A stretch of 64,000 nucleotides of DNA from Candidatus Poribacteria bacterium. Its GTDB lineage: Bacteria > Poribacteria > WGA-4E > PCPOR2b. The stretch covers positions 4,672,001-4,736,000 of the forward strand of contig OZ244587.1 in NCBI GenBank assembly GCA_965218095.1, read 5' to 3'. The translations under genes were made by a program, and so were the position numbers. Shown piece after piece: positions 9,457 to 20,150 of this stretch (position 1 is the stretch's first letter; every line of letters starts with the position of its first letter). The notes beneath the pieces are model-generated. The model saw only the letters and a program-made list of their open reading frames with translations, had not been told where the DNA came from and made no database searches.

Positions 9457-10252
9457 TTAGCGGCTATGCTGCCGCAGGAAGTTAAGGGTAACCCGATTGA
9501 ACTCCTCCGGATTCTCAACGTTGTGTAGGTGTCCCCCGCCCGCAAACACAATCAGTTCAGCGCCGGGGATTCTATCCGCCACTTCGCGAGCATATAGCGG
9601 TGGTGTCGCCAGATCAAAGCTGCCGACCGTCACAAGAGTCGGGATCTGAATCCGGTGGAGGCGATCGACTGCGTCATGCTCAAGGTCTGCCCGATACTGA
9701 CGTATGAGTGGCACCCTTGACGGGTTGTTCGTGACCGCCGTATTAATCTGGTCGGACACGAGATCGGGACGACGTTGCATGAGGAGTCACGAACCATAGC
9801 ACGTTGATCTCGTAGAACAAGCGCATGTCCAATGTTTGGAGCAGACGGATCTGGGCCTCGAACTTGCGCGCTGCATAGCCGTGTGCACGTCCCCAGGTGC
9901 CGTGAAGCTGAAGTGTTTGTACGAGGTCCGGGCGCATCAGCGCCAGCTCCTGAGCCACGCATGACCCCAGCGACAGACCCGAAACATGCGCGTGGGAAAT
10001 ACCGAGTTCGTCCATCAGTCCAGCCGTATCCATTGCCATCAGACGTGTCGTGATTGGCTCATCGGGCGCTTTGGTCTTGCCCGTCCCCCGATTGTCGAAA
10101 CAGATACAATCGAATTCGCTGCGGTACGCCTCGCCCTGCGCGCTCCAGCAGGAATGATCCAGACCGGTACCCATGATCAGTACCAGCGGAGGCCCGGCGC
10201 CGCAGCGTTCGTAATAGATCATTGCCTTCGTGTGGACTGTTACATAGGGCAT
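9457..10252 (-). pseudogene. Alpha/beta hydrolase (enol-lactonase-like), frameshifted near 9781
   Basis: N-half has FDNRGTG and GLSLG; C-half in another frame has catalytic D (GSFD) and H (GGGH). Confidence 0.8.
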
Positions 10253-10436
10253 AGGACATCAAACCAGCCGAGCGCCTCGAAACAAACAGTTCAGACGACT
10301 TGTTGGTCCGCTTGTGGCTTATAGGACCACATGAGCGGCGGTCGATTACTCTGTTGGTTATTGTACTTAGCCCTCCGCCCGAAAGTCAATGGCAAAATCC
10401 CCTTGCTATATGCCTTCAGCTCTACCAGTAAAGGAG

Positions 10437-11675
10437 TTAGAAGACCAGCGGGAGCGACTTCAGCCTCCGGAGCTGGTAGCTCGGCAGCCAGTCGGGCAAC
10501 GCCTCTGCCAGCTGCAGGCTCGGAAGCCGGCGCAGCAACCCCTCGAAAGCAATCTCCGCTTCGAGTTGGGCCAACGGCATGCCGATGCAGAAGTGGGGGC
10601 CCGCAGCGAAGGCCAGGTGGCGGTTGGGGGTGCGCCGGATGTCGAGGCGGTCTGCGTCGGGGAACTGGGCGGGGTCCCGGTTCGCCGACCCGAGCAGGAA
10701 CATGATCCGCTCGCCGCGCCGGATCTGTCGCCCTTGGATCTCGATATCCTCCTTCGCTAGGCGGTTGATCCGCTGGTTCGGGCTTTCGTAGCGCAAGAAC
10801 TCCTCGACCGCGCTCCCCATCGCCGATGGGTCGTCCCGGAGCGCCGTGAGCTGGTCGGGGTGGTGGAACAAGGCGAGTAGGCCGCTGCCGATGAGAGCCG
10901 TCGTTGTTTCGTGGCCCCCGACGAGGAAGGTGACGCAGGTCGAGAGAAGCTCTCCTTCGGTGAGTCCCTCTCCCTTAAGTTCGGCACTGATAAGACGACT
11001 GATGAGATCGTCGCGAGGCTGCTCACGGCGCTGCGCAGCGATGTCCAGCAGGTACGCCCGCACTGCGAGGAGGCTGCGCTGGGCGGCTTTGGCGACCTCG
11101 ACTGTGAGCCGGTTGCTGGCTGAGAAGGCGGCAATGTCGTCGGACCAGGCCTTGAACTGATAGCGGTCTTCCGGTGGCATGCCGATCACATCAGCGGTGA
11201 CGATCGCCGGCAGCGGGAAGGCGAAGTCGCGGATGATGTCCATCTGTCCGGCGCCTTCGACGGAGTCGAGGAGCTTATCGACTGTCGCTTCAATCCGCCG
11301 GCGCATCCCCTTGACGACCCGCGGCGTGAAGGCTTTGTTGATGAAGCTCCGCAGGCGGGTGTGATCGGGTGGATCGGAGTGGAGCAACCCGACCGAGTAG
11401 TGGTGCTTGATTGGCTGGAACCTGGCTTGGGCCGCATCAGGCAACGCATTGAGGGACCCTCCGAACTGGCCGACGACCGAGAACTGGCGACCGTCCTGAC
11501 GGAGGCAGGCGAGGACGTCAGCGTACCGCGAGACGATCCAGCAGTTCCAAGCCTCGCACCAATGGACGGGATCCTCAGCGCGGAGTTGATGGTAGACCGG
11601 ATAGGGATTTACGAAAAATTCAGGAGAGTGTAGTTGTTGATCGAGGCGCTCATTGTTTTTTCGGGTCATAGACAA
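10437..11675 (-). CDS. Cytochrome P450
   Basis: DPPDHTRLR, GGHETT, EEFLR and FAAGPHFCIG heme motif. Confidence 0.97.
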   Translation of the reverse strand: MSMTRKNNERLDQQLHSPEFFVNPYPVYHQLRAEDPVHWCEAWNCWIVSRYADVLACLRQDGRQFSVVGQFGGSLNALPDAAQARFQPIKHHYSVGLLHSDPPDHTRLRSFINKAFTPRVVKGMRRRIEATVDKLLDSVEGAGQMDIIRDFAFPLPAIVTADVIGMPPEDRYQFKAWSDDIAAFSASNRLTVEVAKAAQRSLLAVRAYLLDIAAQRREQPRDDLISRLISAELKGEGLTEGELLSTCVTFLVGGHETTTALIGSGLLALFHHPDQLTALRDDPSAMGSAVEEFLRYESPNQRINRLAKEDIEIQGRQIRRGERIMFLLGSANRDPAQFPDADRLDIRRTPNRHLAFAAGPHFCIGMPLAQLEAEIAFEGLLRRLPSLQLAEALPDWLPSYQLRRLKSLPLVF

Positions 11676-11921
11676 GTTTACTCCCTCTGAACAGCAAGTG
11701 GGCTCAACATAGATTAAGCTAATCGTTCCGCTCCATTTCCTGCGTTGGTCACGAAGCGATGTCTAAATCGTGACGCTTTGGAGTCAGGGCTTCATGTGGA
11801 TTTCCTTAATCCATCCTTACTTTCTGAGAGAGCTCTCAAGTTGAATTGCCCACGTGAGCCTTCTGCGGCAACCTCAACGAGATCGCGCGCGTCTACTTGC
11901 GTGCATTCGGGATGCTGGAGA

Positions 11922-12692
11922 TCAGTGGGTTGGTGTAAATCGGCAGAACCCATCGAATGAGATGCGCAGCCTCAGATTAGCTTCGTAGGGCCACGGATTA
12001 AAAGAATAGGGGATGTAGTGGCACGCGAAACTGTGGCGAAAAGCCCCCGGCTTCAAAATGGGACCGCCGCGATGAATGAGCCGGCCGTGGAAGAATACCA
12101 CGTCTCCCTTTGAAGCTTCGACTGTGATTTCCGGAAGCCCGTTGCGCTCGAAGAGGGCATCGAAGGCGTCTTCGTGATTCCAGTCGTACCAGGGACCCCG
12201 GTTGCCGTCTTCATCCGCTCTGAAATCCTTCTTATCGATGATCGGGCCGTTGTGGGAGCCGAGTTGGATATGGATGCTTCCGTTCCATTCGCCAACCTCC
12301 TGAAGGGCAATCCATGCCGACATACATCCCGGGAGATGGTACGCATCCTGATGCCGACGCTGTTCCGAGCCTTTATAGAAATACATACTCTGTACTGCAT
12401 CGGGCTCATCGCCGAGGAGGGTGCGCAGCGGCTGGCGTAGTCTGGCATCCAGCATCCAAGCCATGCCCACAGGCTCGTGAAGGGACCGGTTATGAGTCCG
12501 GCTCCAGTCGTCCGGATCGCGGGGGGCGTAGCCTTCGATTGTCTTGCGCCCTGCATGCAGATCCATCATGTAGTCGATAAACCGATCACACTCGTCAGAA
12601 TCGAACGCGCCTTTAACTATTGTATAACCATTGCGTTGATACTCTTCTTTTTGAATTGATGTTAGTTGTATATCCATAAGAACCTCGCTCAA
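11922..12692 (-). CDS. Phytanoyl-CoA dioxygenase (PhyH) family
   Basis: HQD...H triad, SAWIAL, GDVVFFHG. Confidence 0.9.
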   Translation of the reverse strand: MSEVLMDIQLTSIQKEEYQRNGYTIVKGAFDSDECDRFIDYMMDLHAGRKTIEGYAPRDPDDWSRTHNRSLHEPVGMAWMLDARLRQPLRTLLGDEPDAVQSMYFYKGSEQRRHQDAYHLPGCMSAWIALQEVGEWNGSIHIQLGSHNGPIIDKKDFRADEDGNRGPWYDWNHEDAFDALFERNGLPEITVEASKGDVVFFHGRLIHRGGPILKPGAFRHSFACHYIPYSFNPWPYEANLRLRISFDGFCRFTPTH

Positions 12693-12707
12693 CAGTTACA
12701 ATTTCCT

Positions 12708-12851
12708 GCTCGATCTGGATTGGCAAATCCAGATCGGCCATTGGATTTGCCAATCCAACGGGAGCGTGGGAGATTTCTACTCAACAGTCTCGTAGCCGAA
12801 TTCGTGAGAATTCGGTCCCGTCACGCCCCGAACTCTCACGAGTTCGTCTAC
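12708..12851. repeat. Two inverted REP-like doublets
   Basis: TGGATTGGCAAATCCA / TGGATTTGCCAATCCA, and GTAGCCGAATTCGTGAGAATTCGG / CCGAACTCTCACGAGTTCGTCTAC. Confidence 0.75.
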
Positions 12852-12934
12852 CGGCATTATGAACCACCCTCATCTATCTATTTAAGGGGTCAATTTCAAT
12901 GAATTCGCATGCGCTCGGGCCGCAGAGAGATTTT

Positions 12935-13795
12935 CTAGGCGCACTCCAAAACGGCCTTAAGCTCTGTGACACTGGCAACGGCCACCAGGGCGCTGCTCAC
13001 GCCCTGGTTCTCAAGTACCCACGACACGGCGCGACTGGTCCGCGAAATCCTTTCCCCCGGCCCAGCCAGTTCGTGCCAGGGGCCAGCAATAAAGGAATAG
13101 ACAAGCCTCAGTTCGCTTCGGATGCTCTCGCCAAGGGGCGAGAGCTGCACCAGAGTCTCCTCCGTCGCCTCAGTCCAGTCCGTCCAATTTTTCTGTTCCC
13201 AGCTTAAGTACTGTCCACCGAGCGCCTTCATTACCAGTACTCCCTTTCCGGCTTTGGCTGCGGACTCAATGCCCGGCGCCTGCCCGCGGCAGACATAGTT
13301 GTAGATGACCAGGTCCGCGTCGGCCTCCTTTTCTGGGCCTCGCATCGCATAGGCCTCCTGATCCGCTTGGAAGTGGCGTATCAGACAGAGCGATCGCACC
13401 TTACCTGCCTCCTTGAGAGCAGCGATACGGGCGCGCAGTCGGTCGTCCTTTATGTAGGCATAATAATGCACCCGGAGGATGTCAATCGCATCTCTGCGCA
13501 GGTTCACGAGATGTTTGTCGACTATCGCCTCTAGATCCACAGCTACGGGAGCACCCACTTTCAGGGAAAAGTAGCGGTCTTCCGTATGTCCCTTCAACTC
13601 TTCCGGGATATGGACCTCGTCCCCGTACCCTGTGTCAAACAGGTTTATCCCGGATTCGGCCGCCTGCAGGTAGATCTGCCGCTTCTCCTCAGGTGGTGGA
13701 TGTCCGGATTCTCCCTCCCAGTAGTGTGCCAGCAGTCCTCCCAACCCTACAGTGCTCAACCTCATGCCTGTCCTTCCGAATTCACGATGTTCCAT
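12935..13795 (-). CDS. Aldo/keto reductase
   Basis: FGRTGMRLSTVGLG, FDTGYG, IDILRVH, MKALGG; GGAGG RBS. Confidence 0.85.
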   Translation of the reverse strand: MEHREFGRTGMRLSTVGLGGLLAHYWEGESGHPPPEEKRQIYLQAAESGINLFDTGYGDEVHIPEELKGHTEDRYFSLKVGAPVAVDLEAIVDKHLVNLRRDAIDILRVHYYAYIKDDRLRARIAALKEAGKVRSLCLIRHFQADQEAYAMRGPEKEADADLVIYNYVCRGQAPGIESAAKAGKGVLVMKALGGQYLSWEQKNWTDWTEATEETLVQLSPLGESIRSELRLVYSFIAGPWHELAGPGERISRTSRAVSWVLENQGVSSALVAVASVTELKAVLECA

Positions 13796-14247
13796 AACAA
13801 ACCTCCCTGATAGCTTTGGTGTGATGTGGTGGGTTTTGTGTGTATCTGTGACTTGGGCTTCCATACTGTAGATTCTAGCAGCATAAGTTTTTAACCCCTC
13901 CCAGCTCCCCTTGGTAACTTACTATTACCCATAAGTTGGTAAACCCGCGTGGGAAGTGGATTTGTGAGTGCCGCTTGTGGGGGCGGGGGGGCAAGTCTGT
14001 GAGGCAACTTTTTTTGCGTATGTGAGTCCACCTTTGCTCGCTTCCCCGCTCCCTTGTTTACCCACTTTTCCTTGGTGCCAACCGGTCCCGAGATGTGGGT
14101 ATCGGAACAGAGGAGGGTAAATGACACCCCACTAAAGTAAGTATTAGAATTGAGATGCATTTCAAATTCTGCATTTTGAGTAGACTTCTCAGACACATAC
14201 GCATGATTTCGCACACTAACACTAATAACGATGAAGCAAAATATCGG

Positions 14248-14700
14248 TTAGATGGTGTAGATGGCGGACTTGATGTAGCGCATGGGATCGCTGTCGCCGT
14301 TGGTCCAGTAGTACACGGTGATGACCCGGCCATCCGGCAGTTGGGTCGAGCAGGTCTCGCCGCTGGCCTTGGAGTCCGCAGGAGCGAGCAGAAGATCCCC
14401 ACTAACCACGCTGACTGACATCTGCTCTACACCTTGTTCCTGTTCAGCCAGTACTCGCACCGTATCAAGGGGCCAGGTCTGGCCGCCATCGGTGCTGCGG
14501 ATGATGGCGCCACGCGCTCGCACGTCGCCGTGGGCGTGGCTCGTCTGCCCAGCAGTCTCTGTGGGAGGGTAGGGCGCCTGCCGGAACGCTGTCACCAGGT
14601 CGCCGGTGCTGAGGCAGACAATCTCAGGGAACGCGGTGTTCCACTTGCTCTCAGGGTCTCAATATACCGTGACGTGCTGAAGCTCATTCACTGTAGCCAT
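14248..14700 (-). pseudogene. Sialidase-like gene with premature stop and large internal deletion
   Basis: RBS and ATG 14700, TGA at codon 14, AFP and STDGGQTW, then direct jump to the C-terminal STQLPDGRVITVYY. Confidence 0.8.
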
Positions 14701-14788
14701 TGGTTTCTCCTTTTCAACGTTGGTGATGGCTCAACTCCCCCAGAAGCTGAACACCCGCCGCGGGCGATTCATGACAGGGGTAAAGGAA

Positions 14789-16276
14789 TTAACGTGTCAC
14801 TGCGCAGCGAAAACCAACGTCGTGCTTCGTCTCCGATGGGTTGCCGCTGTTGCGGGCCGCCACGCGCAGGAAGTTCGGAGCGTTTTTGGTCATGGCCCAA
14901 GAACCACCGCGAACGGCGCGACGCGTGGTAACATCTGTGAACTTATTATCCACAAAAGCAACCGGACCGCCGGCGATTGGGTTTTTCTTTGGGCTATTTG
15001 CGTAGAAGCCATGATCCCATTCATCCATGCACCACTCCCAGACATTCCCCGCTATGTCGTGCAAGCCGTAGCCGTTGGGTGGAAAGCTCCCAACAGGCGC
15101 CGTTCGTTCCCACTGATCGCCTCCACCTGTGCCGTCATAATTGGCGTCATCATGGGTGATGGCATTTCCCCACGGATACCGATTGCCCGCCAATCCCCCG
15201 CGAGCTGCCTTCTCCCACTCCGCTTCGGTCGGCAGCCGTTTGCCCGACCACTGCGCATACGCGGCGGCGCCGTACCAACTAACTTCAATCACCGGATGAT
15301 CCGCAAACCCCGCCTTCGGGCGGTACTGCCCGTCAACCAATTCTATCAACTCGTCTCCGGCGCCAATCTCCAACCATTGTATGCCATCATCCCCCACATG
15401 CTTGCCGACGGCATTGAGGAATTTGGCGTACATGGCGTTGATCACCTCCGTCTCGTCAATGTAGAAGGCATCCAGGAAAACGGGGTGAATGGGGAGTTCA
15501 TTACCGAAGCCTTCGTTGAGATGTTGGTCGCCCATCTCAAACTCACCGGCGGGGATTAGTTGCATCGTCGCCCCATCCGTTTCCCAAGTGATCTCCTCCT
15601 TCCCCGTGACAGTGATCGCTTTTTCCTGCCCCGCCGTGACGGAGGCAGGAGCATTGTTTCGGACCGTTAGCGTGATTGTATATGCTCCTGAACTTGTATA
15701 GGTATGCTCAGCGGTGAGTATTTTATTATATGCTGTCTGCTCGCCATCTCCCCAATCCCACTTGACATCTTTAATCTCATAGTGCGTATCGTGGGAAGCA
15801 CTGGCATCGACTTTGACATATCCGTTTTTCAAGTTTCCACTATCTGACGCCGTCAATTTGAATGTTGCGACAAGCTTATGACCGGGCGGATTCACTGTGA
15901 TGATAGGCACACCGTTTCCGCCATCGCTTGAAAGATTAACCACTCCGGAGCCTTCAAACACAACCGTCCCATCCTTTAATATTTCGACCTCAACGATCCG
16001 ATTATCACCGGCGGGAATGTCTCCAACCGTGATTTCATAAGTTGGATCACTCCCCGGTTGGATAGCGAGATTTTGGTTTGCCGTGATGGGTGCATCAATG
16101 TCTGGGGCGGTAACCGTAATCTTTACGACGTACTTCCCCTCCGCCGTGACGTTTGAAAAACTAATCGGGATTTTGACAGAAGTTGAGGTTGCTTCCTCCT
16201 CCTTTTCCCCGCAACTTGATAAAAAGAGGGTGAAGCCAATGAAGGTGAGTGTGATGAAACTTAAGGGCTTAGTCAT
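14789..16276 (-). CDS. Lipoprotein with PKD and FGE-sulfatase (SUMF1-like) domains
   Basis: Lipobox LSSC; WDWGDG...HTY; FEMG, RLPTEAEWEKAARGG, GNVWEW, RGGSW, GFRCA. Confidence 0.9.
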   Translation of the reverse strand: MTKPLSFITLTFIGFTLFLSSCGEKEEEATSTSVKIPISFSNVTAEGKYVVKITVTAPDIDAPITANQNLAIQPGSDPTYEITVGDIPAGDNRIVEVEILKDGTVVFEGSGVVNLSSDGGNGVPIITVNPPGHKLVATFKLTASDSGNLKNGYVKVDASASHDTHYEIKDVKWDWGDGEQTAYNKILTAEHTYTSSGAYTITLTVRNNAPASVTAGQEKAITVTGKEEITWETDGATMQLIPAGEFEMGDQHLNEGFGNELPIHPVFLDAFYIDETEVINAMYAKFLNAVGKHVGDDGIQWLEIGAGDELIELVDGQYRPKAGFADHPVIEVSWYGAAAYAQWSGKRLPTEAEWEKAARGGLAGNRYPWGNAITHDDANYDGTGGGDQWERTAPVGSFPPNGYGLHDIAGNVWEWCMDEWDHGFYANSPKKNPIAGGPVAFVDNKFTDVTTRRAVRGGSWAMTKNAPNFLRVAARNSGNPSETKHDVGFRCAVTR

Positions 16277-16416
16277 TGTTTTCTCCTTTCTATTATTCCA
16301 TTTTGCCCATTCTTCTTCGGTGATAGGCAGAAAATCCGGTCGGGACATCAAGAAAAAACTCCTCTGAAGTCTCGAGCTTCAGTCAGAAAATACCTGAAAA
16401 CAACTTCCTTGTCAAG

Positions 16417-17508
16417 TCAAAAATTGAATCCTTCAGGTTGCCCAGCATATTTTAGAATATGACTGTAAGGTGGCTTATACCCCTGTGCGACCACATTCAG
16501 GATTTCTTCCCGCCTCGTTAGACGTTCTGCGGGGGGTAGCTCGACGATAATGTCTTCGACATCATGAGGGCCAATTTGCCAATGACCGACAACTGCTCCT
16601 TGAAATGCACCGTCAACCAGCAGGTATTGAAGAACCTCTTTATCCTTGAACCGCTGCTTTAACTGGCTAGCGTGGGACCGGACCAGAGTATCTGATTTAT
16701 GGAGCATGAATACCGATGGCGGCACTTGATAGGATTTCAAAGGCAGGTCTTCAGCACAACAGAAACCTTCTCCGAGTCCCCTCACGGTTTGCGGAACGAT
16801 CGTCCCGTTTTTCTCCATTTCACAGACCAATTGTGCTAAAGCCTTGACGGGAAACCGGGACCAGTCTCTCAGTTGCTCCAAGGTCCCGAAGACGTGTCCC
16901 CGCAGGAAACGAAGCAAAACTTCAGCGGCAGCGGTCTCCCACGAAAGGTCTAAATCGACCGCTGGCCATTCTGAGGCAAAGTCGTACCAATCGCGTTCCC
17001 AATCGCTATTGACCTGGTCTTCATACACCAGAAAAGCCTCCTGAAGCCGGTGCAGAGCAGGCATGATCTGTTTGTTGAGTAACCCCGTTTCTGCTTTAAT
17101 CTGGCGTGGGGTGAGCGGTCCCAGGTATTTGACCCGGTCGAAGACGAGATGTTGTGTCTCGTTGAGTTTGAGCAGCGGCCGACGAAAAGCATTGGCATAG
17201 CGTTGGAGATCCTTAGCGAGAACATAACCAATACGTCCACCGAGGAAACGCCCCTTGACGATGATGTGCTGCGCTCTCCACCGGTCTGTCAATTCACCGT
17301 CATCAAAGGTAATTCGATGCACCAGACGGGGCGGTTCACCTGGACGTGTGTTGTGGACAGGCGACACCGGTTGCAATAACGAAAAAAGTTCCAGATACCC
17401 ATGCGGATCTTTGAGTGGTTGAGTAAGCTGCTGGCGTCGAAGGCGTTCAGCAAGTATTGTTTGTGGACTGATGCTTATTTTCACCGGACACTGCTCCAAA
17501 TTAACCAC
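16417..17508 (-). CDS. Winged-helix protein, AlkZ/YcaQ-like (HTH_42)
   Basis: LQPVSP...RL.HR, GPLT, FLRGH..T..QLRDWS, LLVDG...G.W. Confidence 0.6.
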   Translation of the reverse strand: MVNLEQCPVKISISPQTILAERLRRQQLTQPLKDPHGYLELFSLLQPVSPVHNTRPGEPPRLVHRITFDDGELTDRWRAQHIIVKGRFLGGRIGYVLAKDLQRYANAFRRPLLKLNETQHLVFDRVKYLGPLTPRQIKAETGLLNKQIMPALHRLQEAFLVYEDQVNSDWERDWYDFASEWPAVDLDLSWETAAAEVLLRFLRGHVFGTLEQLRDWSRFPVKALAQLVCEMEKNGTIVPQTVRGLGEGFCCAEDLPLKSYQVPPSVFMLHKSDTLVRSHASQLKQRFKDKEVLQYLLVDGAFQGAVVGHWQIGPHDVEDIIVELPPAERLTRREEILNVVAQGYKPPYSHILKYAGQPEGFNF

Positions 17509-17616
17509 TTGTATAAGGCTGTGCTATTGCCGAAACCGGGAGAAATTTGGTAAAATTTTGCTCCTTACCTGAACGGTTACACTTCAAGAAGCAGTTGCAT
17601 TCTTCCTCCGACCTGT

Positions 17617-18681
17617 TCACCACCCCTTATAGAAAGTTCCACCAATAAATCGGATGCCATCGTCCCTGTGGAAATAGTAGACGGTCAAGAGAGTGTCATC
17701 ATCCAACTCGACCGAACAGGGATAACCGATATCTCCATCTGAACCGTCGTCTCGCAGCACCTTTTCATCTCCCACGTCCCATGTTTTTCCCCCATCCAAG
17801 CTTCGCACTGCCCGCACGCCGTATGGGGGGCGCCTATATCCGTATGCGCAGAGGGTTGCCCCGCTCCGCAGTCGCAGAAGGTGTCCGGGAAAACCCCACA
17901 TCGGAACGCGCTCGAGGGTGCTCCACCGATGGCCCCCGTCTTCAGATATTGACTGGTACATGTGTCCTCCTCCAGCGGCAGAATCCACGCGAACCATCGC
18001 TAGGATGTCGCCATCCGGAAACTCAAGCAGCGATATCTCATGGTAGTTGAAGGTGGCTGAGGGGTCGGAGGCGATGATTGATGACGCTCCCCACGTCTCT
18101 CCGCCATCTCTCGATTTCACGACACACGCAGAGTGATTCTTCACCGCCATATCTGCCAACGTGAGGGAGCCGCATAGAGGCATCAGGAGCGTTCCATCCT
18201 TGATCTCCAGAATTGGGCAACGCAGGGCGACGCCGTAGTTAAGTGGGCTCACGTCGACCTTCTTATGCGCTGACCAGGTGTATCCGTTGTCATTCGACTT
18301 GCGCACGAACACGCCGTCTTCCTGGGTTGACTCACCTGCCTTCACGCGTTCCACAAAGTTCGGACCGATGACCGTGTAATGCGTAATGAGTGAGCGGTCA
18401 GAAAGAGCGGTGATGCCGATATTTCCCAAACCAAGAGGTATGTTTGAAATCGTCACTTTGGTGGAGGGATGCCAGGTCTTCCCTTCGTCCTTCGATCTAA
18501 TCAACACGCCCCACGAAGATTGGCCTCCATGCGTGTGACCTCCTCCCTCCAAAGCGAGAGATTCCCGGTAGACTGTGACGAGGTCGCCGTTCTGCAACTT
18601 TGCTATGCAGGGGAACGCGCTTTGTACGCTTCCATCAGGACTCTTGTGGATGATTACATGAGACTGACTAGTAGTTGACAT
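17617..18681 (-). CDS. Asp-box sialidase-like beta-propeller
   Basis: Five Asp-boxes, AFP, YGYRRPPYG, DIGYP. Confidence 0.9.
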   Translation of the reverse strand: MSTTSQSHVIIHKSPDGSVQSAFPCIAKLQNGDLVTVYRESLALEGGGHTHGGQSSWGVLIRSKDEGKTWHPSTKVTISNIPLGLGNIGITALSDRSLITHYTVIGPNFVERVKAGESTQEDGVFVRKSNDNGYTWSAHKKVDVSPLNYGVALRCPILEIKDGTLLMPLCGSLTLADMAVKNHSACVVKSRDGGETWGASSIIASDPSATFNYHEISLLEFPDGDILAMVRVDSAAGGGHMYQSISEDGGHRWSTLERVPMWGFPGHLLRLRSGATLCAYGYRRPPYGVRAVRSLDGGKTWDVGDEKVLRDDGSDGDIGYPCSVELDDDTLLTVYYFHRDDGIRFIGGTFYKGW

Positions 18682-18727
18682 ATCAAATTTCCTTTCATAT
18701 GGCTGGTGTGAAATTATCTAAGACGGT

Positions 18728-20134
18728 TCAGTCGCCTGTCGCTGAACGGAACGAGTAAATCTCTGCAGACCGAAGCAGAAAACGTAACGCAATCTGCTTA
18801 CCAATTAGCGCCTTTAGGTCTTGCGGCTGATCCAACCAAGTTGGTTCAGCGGACACGTCATCACGATAAAGTGGATTGCTCTCGCATCTCGAATAGCCGG
18901 GGATGACGGCGCCCCCCTCGTCCAGAATCTCGATCCGCAGCCACCCGTCGCTGCTATCGAGCCCGGTGTAAGTCCACAGGTTACCACCGGATACACGATA
19001 GTTGACACGAAGTCGCCCACCCGGCCACACGAATGGCTTGGTCGTCACCAATCCCTCACGTCTGCCGGCGCGAAGCGAGACGAACCCGTCCACTCGGAGC
19101 TTCGCCAATCCGATGCACCGATTGTGAGTCATGAAGCGGTCGCCATGAAAACTCGGACCCCCATAGTAGTAAATCCAGATCGCATCCTCGCATCGAATGG
19201 GAGGGCCGTTGGCGGGCGTGGATACCGCATAGTCGAACGCCCCGATATCCCGCCCAGTCGGGGGCGTCGCGAAGAACGGTGTCCGGGGTCGTAGGCGATG
19301 CCAAGAACGGGTGTCCCGGCTCACCGTCAGCTCCACATCGGCATAAGGCGGCTCGCACGTGTGATACCGTTCGATGAAGCCGAGGTACAGGCTTTCGTAT
19401 CGGAACGCACTCATTTGATAGAACTCGACATACGGCCCATCCTCCAGGTCCGGACGTAGTGCGAGTTGCGACGCAGATGAGACCGTCCGCCCATCCCGGC
19501 TGCCGACCCGATAGACGCACCGAATCCACTGTCGCTCACGCATATCTTTGCCGTCTCGGCTGAGGATAACGTACGGTTCTTCTGCCTGTGGATCGAAGAG
19601 CGCCGTGGTGCGATCCCCGAAACCGGGTAAGATGGCGTCCTCCTGCTTCGATGGAATCGTCCAGTGCAGTCCATCCGGTGAGTTGCCGACGAAAACGCCG
19701 GTTCCTTGATAAAGCATCAGCTTCCATGGGCGCTCTGTGTCCCGCGTGTCATGCAATATCGTCGGCCCGTCCATCCGCAACGGCGTGGCGAAGAGGACAT
19801 TGCTGGGTCCGCCAATGACGTCCCGGCAGATATCTAGTTCCGGTCGCGTCCAATGAATTCCGTCCTCGCTGGTGATTGTACATAGCATCGAACGGTACCC
19901 CTCGTAGTCGCGCGGGTGAGTCACATACCAGGCGCGAAAGCCACCGGCCACCTCATCGCGATAGACCCCCGCGATAAAGCTGATGCTGGGAATCTCCCAC
20001 GGCATTTCCGGTACAAAGAGCGGATTGAGTCTCGACCGCACGGGCTGGTGCACTACACGCTCCAGAAGCGTCTGGTGTTCGATAATCTCGTCATCCACAA
20101 AAAGTTGAGCTTGGCAAACATCAATCGGAATCAT
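18728..20134 (-). CDS. Five-bladed propeller glycosidase-like protein (GH32/43 clan), copy A
   Basis: QLFVDD, SEDGIHW, EFY, RVDGFVSL, IYSF. Confidence 0.8.
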   Translation of the reverse strand: MIPIDVCQAQLFVDDEIIEHQTLLERVVHQPVRSRLNPLFVPEMPWEIPSISFIAGVYRDEVAGGFRAWYVTHPRDYEGYRSMLCTITSEDGIHWTRPELDICRDVIGGPSNVLFATPLRMDGPTILHDTRDTERPWKLMLYQGTGVFVGNSPDGLHWTIPSKQEDAILPGFGDRTTALFDPQAEEPYVILSRDGKDMRERQWIRCVYRVGSRDGRTVSSASQLALRPDLEDGPYVEFYQMSAFRYESLYLGFIERYHTCEPPYADVELTVSRDTRSWHRLRPRTPFFATPPTGRDIGAFDYAVSTPANGPPIRCEDAIWIYYYGGPSFHGDRFMTHNRCIGLAKLRVDGFVSLRAGRREGLVTTKPFVWPGGRLRVNYRVSGGNLWTYTGLDSSDGWLRIEILDEGGAVIPGYSRCESNPLYRDDVSAEPTWLDQPQDLKALIGKQIALRFLLRSAEIYSFRSATGD

Positions 20135-20150
20135 ATATCCTCCTTTGAAT

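Noticed and set aside
11745-11890. Riboswitch upstream of the P450
   Set aside because: Short hairpins only; no recognisable aptamer consensus
13890-14230. IS remnant
   Set aside because: One end looks IS-like, but no partner TIR, TSD or transposase motif could be shown
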